A DNA stretch of 64,000 nt from Octopus vulgaris (lineage: Eukaryota): NCBI GenBank assembly GCA_951406725.2, contig OX597814.1:220100001-220164000 (forward strand), read 5' to 3'. Under the pieces are notes generated by a model. That model was given only the letters and a program-made list of their open reading frames with translations, was not told the DNA's origin and searched no databases. How positions within the stretch are numbered: position 1 is the first letter of the stretch; each line of letters opens with the position of its first letter. A program made the position numbers and the translations under genes. Below are positions 40,557-54,553 of this stretch, in pieces.

Positions 40557-40691
40557 CATCAGTATATTTCTGGGAAAATATGACATGGTAGTATCTTATC
40601 AATCCATTTGGTTCACTTGGTTCCGACCAGCTGACATTGAGTGAGTGTAGCATGATGTTATAGAACTTCAATTTGCCAGGTGCTCCAGGTG
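40557..40691 (-). CDS. sdk: Sidekick-like exon, FN3 first half (APGAPGKLKFYNIMLHSLNVSWSEPSEPNGLIRYYHVIFSQKYTD)
   Basis: tag acceptor and GTAACA donor; 135 bp, phase 1 to 1. Overlaps ORF 40483..40671. Confidence 0.88.
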
Positions 40692-41395
40692 CTATAATTC
40701 ATATATATAAAGAGATTAAATTTTAGTTTGGCAAAACATCAAAGAAGGATTATAATTATATTTAGAGATGGGTTTGTTTGGCTAGTGATTTGAGCTGAAA
40801 CTGAATTGAGATGGAGATCAATTACATCATGACAGAGATATGATAGGTATTTAAAATATGTATGAAGTGTAAAGGAATAGCTTTAATCATCAAGTTGTAG
40901 ATACATGTCAAAACTTTTTTGACATCTAGTAAATAGTATACAATGAATGTACATCTTCTGTACCCAGTTAGTTCTGCCGTCATTTTCCTTAGAAGTAATT
41001 TGAAAACCAACACATAATTGACTGCCTTATATTGCATTGACCAGGGCATGAGCATTCGCTTGCCTGGAGACAAGAGTACAGCTGTGAGCATGTGTTTCTG
41101 CCTCAATAGCTGTCATCAGCTTGTTTTCCCTTATCACCAGACATTCAGATTATATTTTTCTTAAATATGTCAATTCAGAATTTTTTTACTTCTTGAATTT
41201 ATCACTTCTTTCTCATTCACAGTTACTTGCAAATTCTCTGAGACATTTGTCCTTTTTTTCTCTCAAAAGGAAGATAATTTCCCCAAATTAAGAATTTATC
41301 TTGAATGGTGTTTAATATATCTTTATTCAACTTTGTTGTCCACATTAAAAATTGACATTTAGAGATGAAATAGCAACGTTAAGGCAGAATCTTAC

Positions 41396-41579
41396 CTCCT
41401 TCTTTTGTGCGTACAATAACAGGTTTTGTTAAGGGACCCTGACCTGCTGTAGTGAAGGCACACACAGATATAGAATATTCTGTATACATTTTCAATTTTA
41501 CAAGGGAAACTTGCAGCTTTAATGATGTTATTTCTTTTCGGTCGACACTTTTGTTCTTGAAAATACGGTGGTAGATAAC
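41396..41579 (-). CDS. sdk: Sidekick-like exon, FN3 second half (VIYHRIF...LKMYTEYSISVCAFTTAGQGPLTKPVIVRTKEG)
   Basis: cttttctctag acceptor and GTAAGA donor; 184 bp, phase 0 to 1. In frame with the 44393 exon; motif L..YTEY.I.V.A.T.AG.GP. Confidence 0.9.
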
Positions 41580-43079
41580 CTAGAGAAAAGGAAAAAGTAA
41601 TAGTAAACCAATTCATTTAAAATTTGACCTTGGAAGTGTGTTGAAAGAATGGTAGAAAATATACATGAAGAATGAACAAGTAATGAAAGACAACAAAAAG
41701 AAAGAAGGAATGAGTATAAAGGTGAAATTGGATACTGAAGAAAGAACAGCTGATATGTGTGTTGACATGCTTATTCATTTAACCAAAAATATATGAAGGA
41801 ATATGAATATTTTTGTAAACACGTGTGTGTGTGTGTTTATAAATTAAATGGTAGTTTCATAATTCAAAGGAAATCTACTCAATCTATGATTGAGTAAAGA
41901 ACTTTATTTTCTCTTTTAGTCTGGTGCAAAATGTATATAGCAGTAGTTTCCTTTGAATCCATTATAATGTGATTTCTGTATATGTCAGCTTAGTGTTATG
42001 CACTAATAACATTGTAATATGCAATACAACAGAACGGAGTAAGGCACCCACCGATTCCACTTGACGCATTCCCAAATACACTACCAACAACTGTAGCCAA
42101 TCCAAAACAACTTCCCAACAATTTCCTCTGACTCCATGAACTCACAAATGACACCTTTTGACTCCTCACCTGTGATTCCTCACCTCTTGCTCTCAGTCAA
42201 ACACACTGCTACACATACAAGTTCAGCTAGTCCATTCTCACAGCGGGGGGGGGGGGTGTCATAACATCTACCCTTTTGAGATTTGACTTCTGTAGGAAAT
42301 GCAACATGTTTATTTAATTTTATTCTTTTTCTTTTTCCTCATCACCTTTCCCTTTTTTGAGATTTTAATTTCCTCAGGGGTCTTAATACTTCTTTTGCTT
42401 AGGGACTATTTCTAGTTGTTCTGTTTGTTTAAGCTTTCTATTGCTAATCTACCAAAGCTCAACCTCTTTTGGTGTTGGAACATCGAACAGGCCAACAAAC
42501 TTCCATTGGTATTTCTTCTCTTTCTTAGATATTTCTAGTCAACTGGTTCAAATGTCGTTTGTGCTCTCCTAATTAACCTTTTGTTATATACATCATATTG
42601 TCTTTTCTTTTTGTCACTATACCTATTTCTTTATTACCCACAAGGGGCTAAACACAGAGGGGACAAACAAGGACAGACATAGGTATTAAGTTGATTACAT
42701 CGACCCCAGTGCGTAACTGGTACTTATTTAATCGACCCCGAAAGGATGAAAGGCAAAGTCGACCTCGGCGGAATTTGAACTCACAACGTAACGCAGACGA
42801 AATACCGCTAAGCATTTCGCCCAGCATGCTAACGTTTCTGCCAGCTCGCCGCCTTTTGTCACTATACCATCCTCTCAACCTTGTCTTCCATTCTTATATA
42901 TTTTGAAATGAACTTTATCTCCCACATTAAAACACTTTGTTGTGATTCTTGGGTTTTCCCTATAAGTTTTTTTTTTATAGGTAACAGCTTATCAAAAATT
43001 GATTTTATCTTCCAGGTAAACATCAGCACTACGGGGGAAACTTTGCTGAACAGGTGCTTAGGTTACCCTGTAAACTCTT

Positions 43080-43430
43080 CATCATCATCATCATTGTTCG
43101 ACCGTGGTCGAGACAATGGAATTTACCATGCTACGTCAGACTTCACGGTCCATCATAGCATTACGGAGGTCCTGTTTCTGGATGCCTGTATCCCTGGAGA
43201 TTACATCAGGGTAGGAGAGTGTGCGCCCTCTGGTATTGTGAGTAGATGGCTTCCAGAGGAGAAGAGTAGAAATTACTTCTTTTTCAGCTCTACAACAATG
43301 TCCAGCAAATTGGACTCTCCTACCTTTCACAAGAGATGACACAGGTGGTAGTTTCCCATATATTTGCATTTTGGTTGGATGGCACTTCCACGAGAGATTT
43401 TGAGCCCTCATAAGGAGGCGAGTGTAAGTT
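43080..43430 (-). mobile_element. RTE-like LINE 3' end; longer sister copy at 56135-56585(-)
   Basis: SSLVKGRRVQFAGHCCRAEKE...; (GAT)n tail; the two copies are highly similar. Confidence 0.8.
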
Positions 43431-43444
43431 AAGAATTGCAGTCA

Positions 43445-44040
43445 GTGCTGCATCATTGCCTAATTCATTTCCTGATTTTTTTTAGTGCTTGCTTAAACGT
43501 ATCTATGAACCTTTCTGCTTCCCCATTTAATCTCGAGTGGTATGGCAGAGTAGAGATGTGATTGACTGCACACTTCTCACAGAAATTTTAAAATTTGTAC
43601 CCCAAAAACTGTGTTCCGTTATCTGATACTATGGTGTCCAGAACACAGTGTTATGCAAAAAGTTCACGAAAGAGCCTTATTGTTACCTTTGAGGTTGGTT
43701 GACAGCATTTACATATCTCCGGCCACTTGGTATAGCTGTCTATAATGATCAGATAATATGCACTGTTTAATGTCCAGCAAAACCTATATGTGGCCTGGAC
43801 CACAGACTGTCTGTCTTGGGCCATGATTGGAATTTCACTGGGAGTGACTTTGCTATGAGAACACAACTTCTGCAGGATTTCACCACTTGTTCCAATATCA
43901 TGGTCCACAGTAGGCCAATACACGTAACTACTCATTAATGATTTCACTCTTGAAATCCCTGGGTGTCCCATATGAAATTCACTTAATACACGCTTTTGTA
44001 GCATAGCTGGCACCACAGCTCTTTGAGCATACGTCACACA
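43445..44040 (-). mobile_element. Gypsy-type LTR retrotransposon integrase fragment
   Basis: HMGHPGISRVKSL..YVYWP (zinc-binding H2C2 region), IIDSYTKWPE, DTIVSDNGTQF, NGEAERFIDTFK; frameshifted. Confidence 0.85.
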
Positions 44041-44171
44041 GAGAAAAATAGTTCCTCATTTTGGCTTGTATATAAATATACTAACCTCCACCCACACCAA
44101 TGTATACACACAAGCACACACACACACACACATATCATTCATCCCATTTTTTTACACACACAAAATTAACT

Positions 44172-44255
<84 letters not shown>

Positions 44256-44392
44256 GAGGAGGGAGATTACATTTTGAAGAATATGCATATTTTCCATGCA
44301 GAATAGTTTAATAGAATATGTAAATCAGGTATTGCAATAGGAGCAGTACAATATAGTTTGGGTCACTTTGCAAAGCTAATTATAGAACTTAC

Positions 44393-44508
44393 TTTATAGC
44401 CAGATATTTCGCCGTTTTGAGTACTTTTCAAGGGTGGTGACCAGGAAACTTTGATTTCTGAACCACTTACAGCTACAGATGTAACATTCAACGGTGCAGC
44501 AGATGGCG
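44393..44508 (-). CDS. sdk: Sidekick-like exon, FN3 first half (PSAAPLNVTSVAVSGSEIKVSWSPPLKSTQNGEISGYK)
   Basis: cttcag acceptor and GTAAGT donor; 116 bp, phase 1 to 0. FN3 motif W.PP...QNG.I.GYK. Confidence 0.88.
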
Positions 44509-44997
44509 CTGAAGTCATTTAGAAAGAAAAATAAGAAAAAAAAAAACAAACATTTAATTCATAAACAAAAAATAAATAAATAAATAAATTTCTTCCATTG
44601 GTACATAGCCAGAAATTAGTAGGAGAAGGTATAATTAATTAACTCAAACATTATACTTAATTAACTGAAACCTAATTAACTCCCACTTAATAAATGTCAA
44701 GAATTTTATTTTATTGACCTAAAAGGAATGGAATATGATGTGAACTTTGTGAGGACATATAAAAAACTAGAACATAAATAAAGTACTTTAAAGTACCTAA
44801 TAAAGTAAACATTAGGGTCCGGTGAAACTAGTGTCTGCAATTGGCAGTTAGTGAGTAGAAACAGTCCAAAAGTTTGCTGTTTTGGGCAGTCCCCCCTTTT
44901 GTTGGAGAAGTGTTAGACTTTGCTTCTTCATTCTGACTTAATTTTTTAATTCCATTTTTGGATTTTAAGTTAGTTGGTCTTGCTGTCTTACATTTCT

Positions 44998-46493
44998 GAG
45001 GAGAAGAAGAAGAAGGAGGAGGAGAAGGAGAAAGAGAAGAAGGAGAAGAAGAAGATGATGAAAAAGAAAACGAAGATGATGAAGACGAAAAAGAAGACGA
45101 AGAAAGAGGAGGAGGAGAAGATGATGAAAACGAAAACAAAGAAGAAGACGAAGAAGAAGAAGACGGAGAAGAAAAAGAAGACGGAGAAGAAGGAGGAGGA
45201 GGAGAAGAAGATGATGAAAAAGAAAACGAAGATGATGAAGACGAAAAAGAAGACGAAGAAGGAGGAGGAGGAGAAGGAGAAGATGATGAAAACGAAAACA
45301 AAGAAGAAGACGAAGAAGAAAAAGAAGACGGAGAAGAAAAAGAAGAAGAAGACGGAGAAGAAGACGGAGAAGAAAAAGAAGAAGAAGAAGAAGAAGACAG
45401 AGAAGAAGAAGACAGAGAAGAAAAAGAAGAAGGAGAAGAAGGAGAAGAAGGAGAAGAAGGAGAAGAAGGAGAAGAAGAAGAAGACGGAGAAGAAGAAGAC
45501 GGAGAAGAAAAAGAAGACGGAGAAGAAGAAGAAGAAGAAGAAGAAGAAGAAGAAGAAGAAGGAGAAGAAGAAAAAGAAGGAGAAGAAGAAGAAGACGGAG
45601 AAGAGGAAGACGGAGAAGAAAAAGAAGACGGAGAAGAAGAAGAAGAAGAAGAAGAAGAAGAAGAAGAAGACGGAGAAGAAAAAGAAGACGGAGAAGAAGA
45701 AGAAGAAGAAGAAGAAGACGAAGAAGAAGAAGGAGAAGAAAAAGACGGAGAAGAAGAAGACGGAGAAGAAAAAGAAGAAGGAGAAGAAGGAGAAGAAGAC
45801 GGAGAAGAAGAAGGAGAAGAAGGAGAAGAAGACGGAGAAGAAAAAGAAGACAGAGAAGAAGAAGAAGAAGACGGAGAAGAAGAAGGAGAAGAAGGAGAAG
45901 AAGACGGAGAAGAAAAAGAAGACGGAGAAGAAGAAGAAGAAGAAGAAGGAGAAGAAAAAGACGGAGAAGAAGAAGACGGAGAAGAAAAAGAAGAAGGAGA
46001 AGAAGGAGAAGAAGACGGAGGAGAAGAAGAAGGAGAAGAAGACGGAGAAGAAAAGAAGACAGAGAAGAAGAAGAAGAAGACGGAGAAGAAGAAGGAGAAG
46101 AAGGAGAAGAAGACGGAGAAGAAAAAGAAGACGGAGAAGAAGAAGAAGAAGAAGAAGGAGAAGAAGGAGAAGAAGGAGAAGAAGATGGAGAAGAAGAAGA
46201 TGGAGAAGAAAAAGAAGACGGAGAAGAAAAAGAAGACGGAGAAGAAGAAGAAGAAGAAGAAGAAGAAGAAGAAGAAGGAGAAGAAGAAGAAGACGGAGAA
46301 GAAGAAGACGGAGAAGAAAAAGAAGAAGAAGAAGAAGAAGAAGAAGAAGACGGAGAAGAAGAAGAAGAAGAAGAAGAAGAAGAAGAAGAAGAAGAAGAAG
46401 AAGAAGAAGAAGACGGAGAAGAAGGAGAAGAAGAAGACGGAGAAGAAAAAGAAGAAGAAGACGGAGAAGAAGAAGAGGATGAAGAAGAAGAAA
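44998..46493. repeat. ~1.5 kb imperfect (GAA)n purine tract with GAG/GAC/GAT interruptions
   Basis: Seen directly; the 502 aa and 513 aa ORFs are by-products. Confidence 0.97.
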
Positions 46494-46689
46494 TAGCAGC
46501 AGCAAATTTAGTGGGGAAGATTTAGTCAACTACATTCACTCCGGTACTTGATTGGTGCTTTATTTTATGGCACTTAAAAAGAATGGAAGACAAGGTTGAC
46601 ATCGGTGTCATTTGAACTCAGACTGTGCAAAACCAGAAAAAAAATATCACATTGTTTGCATAGAATTCCATGCTTAATCCTGCTTCATA

Positions 46690-48150
46690 CCCTCAGTAAA
46701 TTCCTTCTACGATATTTGTTGTTCTGATGAACTTTCTTGATATAAGTGCTATAAACAGTGATTTTGACCGTTATGCAAAGGGAGCAGGCATATGCGATTT
46801 TATTGGATTGTTTCTACTCGATACACTAGGTAAGACCTTTCCTGACATATATTTCACCATCTACAAAGATGATGCCCTCGTTTTAATACAAATGGACCAG
46901 CACAGGATCGATTTAGGAAGGATATTATCCCTCTCTCTCTTTTGGAGAGGCACAAGCACCTACACGCACATATACACACACGGCAGTAACTTCCGCCTGC
47001 CGAATTCAATCACAAAGCTTCGGTCGGCTCGGGGCTATAGCGGAAGACACCTACCGAAAGTGCCATGCAGTGGGACTGAACCCGAAACCATGTAGCTAAG
47101 AAGCAAGCTCCCTAACCACACAGCCATGCACACGCCTATTTAATGAAAAACCTCAGACTTAGTATAACTATAGATACCAACCTGACGGTTGTCAATTTCC
47201 TAGACGTTTCCTTAGATCTTAATAAGAACAGTTATAAGCCTTATAGGAAGCCCAATGATAGACTTGGTTATATTAATGTAGGTTCATGCCATCCCCCTAT
47301 AGTATTCAAAAATTTAGTTAAAAATATTAGTAAGAGGATTTCTAGCCTTTCCTCCGATAAGGACATTTTTAATAGCGTTGTTCCAGTATATAATAAGGCT
47401 CTAAAAGATAGTGGTTTTAGTGAAGAAATAACCTTTACACCTGTTACTAGCCCAACAATAAAGAAGAGGAGAAATAGAAATAGGAAGATCATCTGGTTCA
47501 CACCTCCCTACTCACCCAAGGTGACCTTCAATACAGGCAAATATTTCTTAGCACTGATAGATAGAGATTTTCCAGTTAACTATACTTACAGGAAGCTCTT
47601 CAATAAACACAACTTTAAAATTAGCTTCAGCTCAACTACCAATTTTAAAAATATAATCGCACACAACACACAAAAACCACAATATGAAAACAGCTGTTCA
47701 TGCAGGAATAAAAAATTGTGCCTGCTAAATGGAGCTTGCATGTCCGAGACCATCATCTATGAAGCTACCATGGACTCTATACCCACTAAAGACACGGTTT
47801 CGACCACCTAATATGTAGGCCTTACAGAGGGCAATTTCAAGGCCAGGTTCAATAACCATACCTTGAGCTTTAGGCTCTGGGACAAAAGGAAAACGACAAA
47901 ATTATCCAATCATATATCGTCCTTAAAAAATAAAGGTGTCAGTTACAACATCCATTGGAAGATTTTAGCCAAATGTAAGCCCTACACCAACGGCAGTGGA
48001 AAGGGCGGCCTATGCAACATGGAAAGATGGCTCATCTGGAAAAGTAGTTTAGACCTTGCTACATGTCTAAACTCAAGGGCAGAACTTTTCGGCTCATGCC
48101 CATATGTGACCAAATTTTCGTTACATTTTTGGTCCCCCCAAGACTACAGA
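46690..48150 (+). mobile_element. Penelope-like element remnant (RT C-terminus and GIY-YIG endonuclease) with a SINE-like insert at ~46930-47140
   Basis: GAGICDFIG, YKDD, VNFLDVSLDL..YRKP, CSCR..CLLNGAC..IIYEA..YVGLTEG.FKARFNNH..LSNHI..LC..E; one stop at ~47811. Confidence 0.88.
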
Positions 48151-48439
48151 TAGAATTTGCTTTCTATATTATGGCCATGCACAAGTTTTTTTTATCTCAT
48201 TATACCTTTTACTTTTATTTTTTCATATATTTTTATATATATATTATAGAGAATTTGGTTTATAGATATATTTTTTTACAAATAATTTTTTTCTGTACTC
48301 TACCTTCCACCTTGCATCTTTCGTTGTGCCTATATAGACGTGTATATGGGAATCATTCGTATGCGCATGTGGATGTGTACGGGTATGTATGTATATAGAT
48401 GTGTGCATGCGTATATAGATGTGTGCGGGTATGTGCATG

Positions 48440-48536
<97 letters not shown>

Positions 48537-48539
48537 TCA

Positions 48540-50101
48540 TTATCATCATCATCATTTAACGTCCGCTTTCCATGCTAGCATGGGTTGGACGGTTCAACTG
48601 GGGTCTGGGGAGCCCAAAGGCTGCACCAGGCCAGTCAGATCTGGCAGTGTTTCTACAGCTGGATGCCCTTCCTAACGCCAACCACTCCGAGAGTGTAGTG
48701 GGTGATTTTATGTGCCACCGACACAGGTGCCAGACGAGGCTGGCGAACGGCCACGCTCGGATGGTGTTTTTATGTGCCACCGACACAGGTGCCAGACGAG
48801 GCTGGCGAACGGCCACGCTCGGATGGTGTTTTTATGTGCCACCGACACAGGTGCCAGACGAGGCTGACGAACGGCCACGATCGGATGGTGTTTCTTACAT
48901 GCCCACAGCACGGAGGCCAGTCGATGCGGTACTGGCTACGGCCACGTTCGGATGGTTTTCTTGTGTGCCACCGGCACTGGTACCACAAAGATACAAATTC
49001 CATTGATGTTCATCTATTTTGATTTGATTTGATTTGATTTTCACTTGCCTCAACAGGTCTTCACAAGTGTCACAAGAAGGAAGGAAGGTATGCACAGGTG
49101 AACTGACAACGTCCCAGGTAGGGGCCACGGGTTATGGCCTGACTAGTCTTGCCGGGTCTTCGGATGATGTTTTTATGTGTCTCCGACACAGGTGCCAGAT
49201 GGATGGTGTTTGTTACGTGCCCACAGCACGGAGGCCAGTCGATGTGGTACTGGCTACGGCCACGTTCGGATGGTTTTCTTGTGTGCCACCGGCACTGGTA
49301 CCACAAAGATACAAATTCCATTGATGTTCATCTATTTTGATTTGATTTGATTTGATTTGATCACTTGTCTCAACAGGTCTTCACAAGTGTCACAAGAAGG
49401 AAGGTATGCACAGGTGGACTGACTACGTCCCAAGTAGAGGCCACGGGTTATGGCCTGACTAGTCCTGCCGGGTCTTCGGATGGTGCTTTTATGTGCCACC
49501 GACACAAGTGCCAGATGAGGCTGGCGAACGGCCACGATCGGATGGTGTTTGTTATGAGCCCACAGCACAGAGGCCAGTCGATGCGGTACTGGCTACGGCC
49601 ATGTTCGGATGGTTATCTTGTGTGCCACCGGCCCTGGTACCACAAAGATACAAATTCCATTGATGTTCATCTATTTTGATTTGTTTTGATTTGATCACTT
49701 GCCTCAACAGGTCTTCACAAGTGTCACAAGAAGGAAGGTATGCACAGGCGGACTGACTACGTCCCAGGTAGGGGCCACGGGTTATGGCCTGACTAGTCTT
49801 GCCGGGTCTTCAGATGGTGTTTTTATGTGCCACCGACACAGGTGCCTGATGAGGCTGGCGAACGGACATGATCGGATGGTGTTTGTTACGTGCCCACAGC
49901 ACGGAGGCCAGTCGATGCGGTACTGGCTACGGCCACGTTCGGATTGTTTTCTTGTGTGCCACCGGCACTGGTACCATAAAGATACAAATTCCATTGATGT
50001 TCATCTATTTTATTTTGATTTTCACTTTCACTTGCCTCAAAAGGTCTTCACAAGTGTCACAAGAAGGAAGGTATGCACAGGTGGACTGACTACGTCCCAG
50101 G
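48540..50101. repeat. SINE-derived compound tandem array: 62 bp unit x3, then ~320-340 bp unit x4 containing (TTTGA)n
   Basis: tgtgcc markers at 48711, 48773 and 48835; gatacaaattcc markers at 48990, 49308, 49647 and 49981. Confidence 0.88.
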
Positions 50102-50161
<60 letters not shown>

Positions 50162-50432
50162 TAAATACTGAAAGTATTCACACAACAAGACTGAAGTTGG
50201 GGTTAATGTTTAGTCCATAGTCACAACTGACTGAGCCAGCCTATTAAAAAGAGCATTCCAGTCATGACCATCCCATCTTTTTAAGGTATATTATCTGGTG
50301 TGGTCTAAACTTATTTAAGTTGGAATGATGTCATTTTAAATTAAGTTTGGGGTTTCTATTTCAAGAAGGTTGACTTGCTCACAGAGAAGTTGCCTTCCAA
50401 GCAAATTTTAAGTGATGAGGTGTGATGACAAG

Positions 50433-50478
<46 letters not shown>

Positions 50479-50581
50479 CAGAGTAAGCACATAAATGTGA
50501 AACAAGGTGGAAAAAAGAGTACTCAAATACCAGAGGTAGAGTTATATACTTTATTTAAAAGCTGACATATTTTTAACAAAA

Positions 50582-50619
50582 CTGTCCGATGAACGGGAAC
50601 GTGAAACTCTGAGTAACAG
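50582..50619 (+). ncRNA. Minimal type I hammerhead motif in the loop of a short fold-back element (50478-50657) inside (TA)n
   Basis: ctgt CCGATGA ACG ggaa CGT GAAA CTC t GAG TA acag. Stem I extends (aacaaaa/ttttgtt; tatactttat/ataaagtata). Confidence 0.68.
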
Positions 50620-50651
50620 CTTTTGTTATATTTCTACTGCCTTTGAATAAA

Positions 50652-50837
<186 letters not shown>

Positions 50838-50973
50838 CTATATTTATATTTTACCTCTTTTACTTGTTTCATCATATGATGCATGCTAGCAGCCTATATA
50901 TATATCGATATATATATTCTTTATATAGTATATATATATCGGTCTCTTTTGCCGAACCGCTATATGATGGGAC

Positions 50974-51045
<72 letters not shown>

Positions 51046-51518
51046 CCTGTCGTCAAACCACATCACTTAAAATTTACTTGGAAGGTAGCTTCTCTGTGAG
51101 AGAGAGGGGTGGGGGACATTTCTGGGAATAATAAGAGGGCTAATAAGTAGGACAGATTCTGCACAAGTAATATGTTATCTGACATTTAGCTAAAGTGAGT
51201 AGTTATCGATGAGTGGAGCAAATAGACAAAACATAGCCAAGAGGGTAAATAAGATATGAACCTGTTTTGGCAACAGTAGTTTTTGGCACAGAAAGCAGCT
51301 GCACATGCATGTACATAAATATACAGGAAGAGGGTGGGGGAGACAGAGAGAATGAAGAGAGAGGGAGAGAGAGAGAGAGGGAGGGAGACATTGCAATTTG
51401 TTAATTGAACACAACTGACATAGACATTTTCCCTCTCCTTACACACACACAGAGGTAGATAGACAAATAGATAGAGAGACAAATAGATAGAGAGACAAAT
51501 AGATAGATATATAGATAT

Positions 51519-51549
<31 letters not shown>

Positions 51550-51550
<1 letters not shown>

Positions 51551-51976
51551 GTTTCTTTATTGGCCACACAGGGCTGCACACAGATGGGACAAATTACAAG
51601 GTAGAGCTTTTCTTTTGGGGGATGAAAAAACAAAAAAAAACAAAAAATAAAAGAAACAAAAAAAAGAAGTGGCGTAGGTTTTCGATCAAAAGGGATCATA
51701 AAAGGGAAAAAAGGAAAAAAAAAGAAAAAAAAGGAAAAAAACAAAAGAAAAGAAAAAGGAAAAAAGAAGAAAGAGGAAAAAAGGGGAAAAAGGAAAAAAA
51801 ACGATCAGTAGGGATCGTGTATCACTGTCATGATGTACGGTGTAAAGGGGGAAGCAGATAAGGTTTATCTGTGGGAAGAAAAGCCTACGAAAAAGACCAC
51901 GGTAACCTCGGTCAATATTGTTATATGTTACCACATTTGTTTGCAAGTGGGTAACCCTCTGTTTTCAATTTCTGGA
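51550..51976 (-). mobile_element. Probable non-LTR retroelement 3' end inserted in a (GATA)n tract
   Basis: (GATA)n on both sides; the minus strand has a T-rich UTR and ends ...gccAATAAAgaaac. Confidence 0.5.
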
Positions 51977-53377
51977 TAGATAGATAGATAGATTGATGGG
52001 GGAAGGAGAGAGAATGAGAGAAACATCAAGATGTTTGATGTCAAGTAAGTCCGTGTAGAATTAGCAATACCAAAATGGCCATGCCAAAACAGCTCAAACC
52101 CATAATGCAATCCTTATATATATTGTTTAAAAAGACAGGATCATTAGGTCTCTTTCAACATAACTGACTCAGGAGTAAACAAAGACAGCAATAAGAAGAG
52201 AAAGTTCCAGAATAATATGTTTAAAAGTTAGCTTGCTAACCAACCACATGGTTCCGGGTTCAGTCCCACTGCATGGCATCTTGGGCAAGTGTCTTCTGCT
52301 ATAGCCCCGGGCCGACCAATGCCTTGTGAGTGGATTTGGTAGACGGAAACTGAAAGAAGCCTGTCGTATATATGTATATATATATATGTGTGTGTGTATG
52401 TGTGTGTGTTTGTGTGTCTGTGTTTGTCCCCCTAGCATTGCTTGACAACCGATGCTGGTGTGCTTACGTCCCCATCACTTAGCGGTTCGGCAAAAAGAGA
52501 CCGATAGAATAAGTACTGGGCTTACAAAAGAATAAGTCCCGGGGTTGAGTTGCTCGATTAAAGGCGGTGCTCCAGCATGGCCGCAGTCAAATGACTGAAA
52601 CAAGTAAAAGAGGTAAAAGAGTAAAAAAGAGAGAAAGTAATTACATTTCGTTTCGAACAATACTTTCCGCAGTTGGATGATTTTCCTTCAGATAAGCATT
52701 CATGTGTAATCAAATGTGGAGCCTGGAGCTTGGCAGAGGACTCAAGCTGTAGTTGGAAGATTAAATCTCAAGACGGACTAATCAATCTGTAGCCTAGTAT
52801 CTTATCGCGAAAGTCCCTGTGTGATTCTCATGGAGATTACTGAAAATCCTGTCCGGCAAAATTACATCAAACATCTTGGAGGGAGATTCCTTTTATCGAT
52901 AGATGTGGATTTCTATAATTGGCTTGCACATCTTACAAAGCAGCAAGCACAAAATTGCATTGTTTAATGTGTTTAAATTAAGAGGAGTTTTGTATTTTGG
53001 GGTTTTATATATCATCATCATCATGATTTAACATCCAGTGTCCATATTGGCATGGGTTGGACGGTTTGACCAGAGCTGGCAAACTGGGGAGCTTCACCAG
53101 ACTCCAGTCTGATTTGGTAGCGTTTCTATGATTGGATGCCTTTCCTAATGCCGACCACTTTACAGAGTGTTTTGGGTGCTTTCATGTGGCACTACACATT
53201 CACTTTTATGTGGTTCCGCATGGGCACTTTTGCATGACTCCACATGGGAGTGTTTACATGATGCTGCATGGGTCTTTTAATGTGGCACTGCCATGTGTGC
53301 TTTACACACCAGCAGGATCAGTCTTACCACTTCTGCTGTGGGGTACAGGACTTCTTGAATACAACACAGACACAAAG

Positions 53378-53410
<33 letters not shown>

Positions 53411-54482
53411 CACACACACACACATATACATACACAATGTGCTTTTTTCAGTTTCTGTCTACCAAATCCACTTGCAAGGCTTTGGTCGGCCTGAGGCTGT
53501 AGTAAAAGACACTTGCCCAAGGTGCTACGCGGTGGGACTGAACCTGGAACCATGTGGTTGGGAAGCAAGCTTCTTACCACGCAGCCATTCCTGTGCCTAT
53601 ATGTTTGAAAGCTGTACAATATGAACTTTCAGTTTTTATTCTGTGATAATATAGTTAATTACAAACACATTCATACAGGTATTCACACAGCAATAAAATT
53701 CTCAGTATCATGAAGGCCAAACAGCTATAGCTTCTTGGATTGATAAGATGCAAATATTCAAGCCAAATGGATAGTAATACACTTCTCATTAGCCAGCAAC
53801 ATGACAATATGTGAATGATCAAATGACCAAGCTGGGTTTTTTTTTCTTTTGTAGTTTACTGACCCAGTTTGTTTAAATATAAATGGGTAGAATGAGGTGG
53901 CAAGTTACAGTATACAGGCTGGATACAGTCAGCCAACCATGTAATAATAAATCAATGGTTTTAGCTTGTCATGTCCGGCTAGAAACTTGTAACCGGAGAA
54001 AGACTGATTGTTTATTCATGGGCGTGGAGTGCGGAGAAAAAAGGAAATAATAGATATTGGCACCTTTCCATACCAGTAGTGATGGTAGTGACGCTGGATA
54101 AAAACATTACAAGCGAAAACAAAAAACTTCAAGCAAAACATAAAAAAACATTTGAAGTGCACTGATAATACATCTATACATATTTATCACAGGTGTTTGG
54201 TTGCATGTCAAATGAATCAGTAATGAATTAATAATAGAATACATGAGAAAAACAGGCTTCGTTTCAAGAGCCCTAGTTGTCCTGAGCATTGGGTATGGTC
54301 ACTAGAGTGCAGTTCTGCAGTCCAAGCCGCATCCTTAATTGATCTTCAAACCATGTTGTCACAGATCATTTTGTGATAAGAATAACTTAGTTCAGAATTA
54401 TCATCTTGCATTAACCCAGATCAGTGATGAATGAATCAGTGATAAATGAGGATAGATGTCTGTGGTATTGAATGTCACTTAC

Positions 54483-54553
54483 CTGCCAAGTAACATTGAC
54501 TGAATTTGTAGATACAGCAACCACTTTTACATTCTGTGGTGCCTCTTCTGGCT
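54483..54553 (-). CDS. sdk: Sidekick-like exon, start of next FN3 repeat (KPEEAPQNVKVVAVSTNSVNVTWQ)
   Basis: tttcacag acceptor and GTAAGT donor; 71 bp, phase 1 to 0. Joins in frame to the 57318-57421 exon. Confidence 0.85.

Noticed and set aside
44974-46529. 502 aa Lys/Arg-rich and 513 aa Leu/Phe-rich ORFs
   Set aside because: They are translations of a GAA tract that cannot contain stop codons.
52640-52960. Candidate for the missing sdk exon (ILGYRL on the minus strand)
   Set aside because: It is bounded by in-frame stops and lacks the other FN3 motifs and suitable splice sites.
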